Shown: positions 63,886-64,000 of the stretch, one piece after another
Numbering within the stretch: position 1 is the first letter of the stretch
Layout: each line of letters opens with the position of its first letter
From: an uncultured Bacteroidales bacterium
GTDB lineage: Bacteria > Bacteroidota > Bacteroidia > Bacteroidales > WCHB1-69
Assembly (NCBI GenBank): GCA_900315705.1
Contig: ONAB01000002.1
Coordinates: 60,399-124,398 of the forward strand
Reading direction: 5' to 3'
Length of the DNA: 64,000 bases
Made by a program: the position numbers and the translations under genes
Notes under the pieces: generated by a model
Told to the model about the DNA's origin: nothing
Seen by the model: only the letters and a program-made list of their open reading frames with translations
The model's database searches: none

Positions 63886-64000
63886 TCTTGAGGGACAGTC
63901 TTTTTATTTCTATAGCGCGGTACAATCGCTCGTACTTTCTGCGCGCTATCGCAGTGTTTCCAAAACAGGTTTTGAATTCCTCCTTGGAGAGGTTTTCGAA

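Noticed and set aside
63085-63891. 268-aa plus-strand ORF
   Set aside because: It is antisense to the KpsF/GutQ-type isomerase gene, which has clear SIS and CBS motifs.
63886-64000. Partial minus-strand ORF open to the window end (…FENLSKEEFKTCFGNTAIARRKYERLYRAIEIKRLSLKN…)
   Set aside because: Only about 37 codons are visible and the frame would overlap the kdsD start. That is too little sequence to name or to be sure it is coding.

Overview
This 64-kb chromosomal window looks Bacteroidota/Bacteroidales-like. That is an inference from TAnnTTTG -7 promoter boxes 20-40 nt upstream of many start codons, many lipoprotein or signal-peptide N-termini, DUF4143-type ATPases, a GxxExxY protein and a Pif1-type helicase. 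The window is a compositional mosaic. GC-rich housekeeping-type genes (alpha-2-macroglobulin, M28 peptidase, a frameshifted prolyl oligopeptidase, RsmI, KdsD, tRNA-Leu(CAG)) are interrupted by AT-rich accessory blocks at about 21.3-29.7 kb, 36-46.7 kb, 50-53.7 kb and 56.8-59 kb. No rRNA, CRISPR array, transposase or integrase was seen. Candidates for something new, in my order of interest: (1) A tightly packed operon at 40.9-46.2 kb encodes an exported C14 caspase, an ECF sigma factor, a single-pass anti-sigma-like protein and an exported TPR-CHAT protease; I read it as a possible extracytoplasmic protease cascade gating a sigma factor, with no CRISPR or cyclic-nucleotide sensor nearby. (2) A 1039-aa HD + GHKL-ATPase fusion protein lies 45 nt downstream of an MmeI-like type IIG restriction-modification enzyme in an AT-rich islet. 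(3) A radical SAM/SPASM maturase with an N-terminal RRE-like domain is followed by a 34-aa Cys-containing ORF that is absent from the ORF track, and then by a 13-bp hairpin; this is RiPP-like. (4) Three diverged copies of the 5' end of a hotdog thioesterase gene (35.9, 46.2 and 61.0 kb) share a common junction and delimit two accessory segments. (5) A 60-bp three-tier palindromic intergenic repeat occurs in 9 copies, only between 10.7 and 19.4 kb. (6) Two paralogous regulator-like proteins carry different in-frame tandem repeats at the same linker position. All functional calls rest on motifs recognised by eye and recalled family knowledge. No database search was run.
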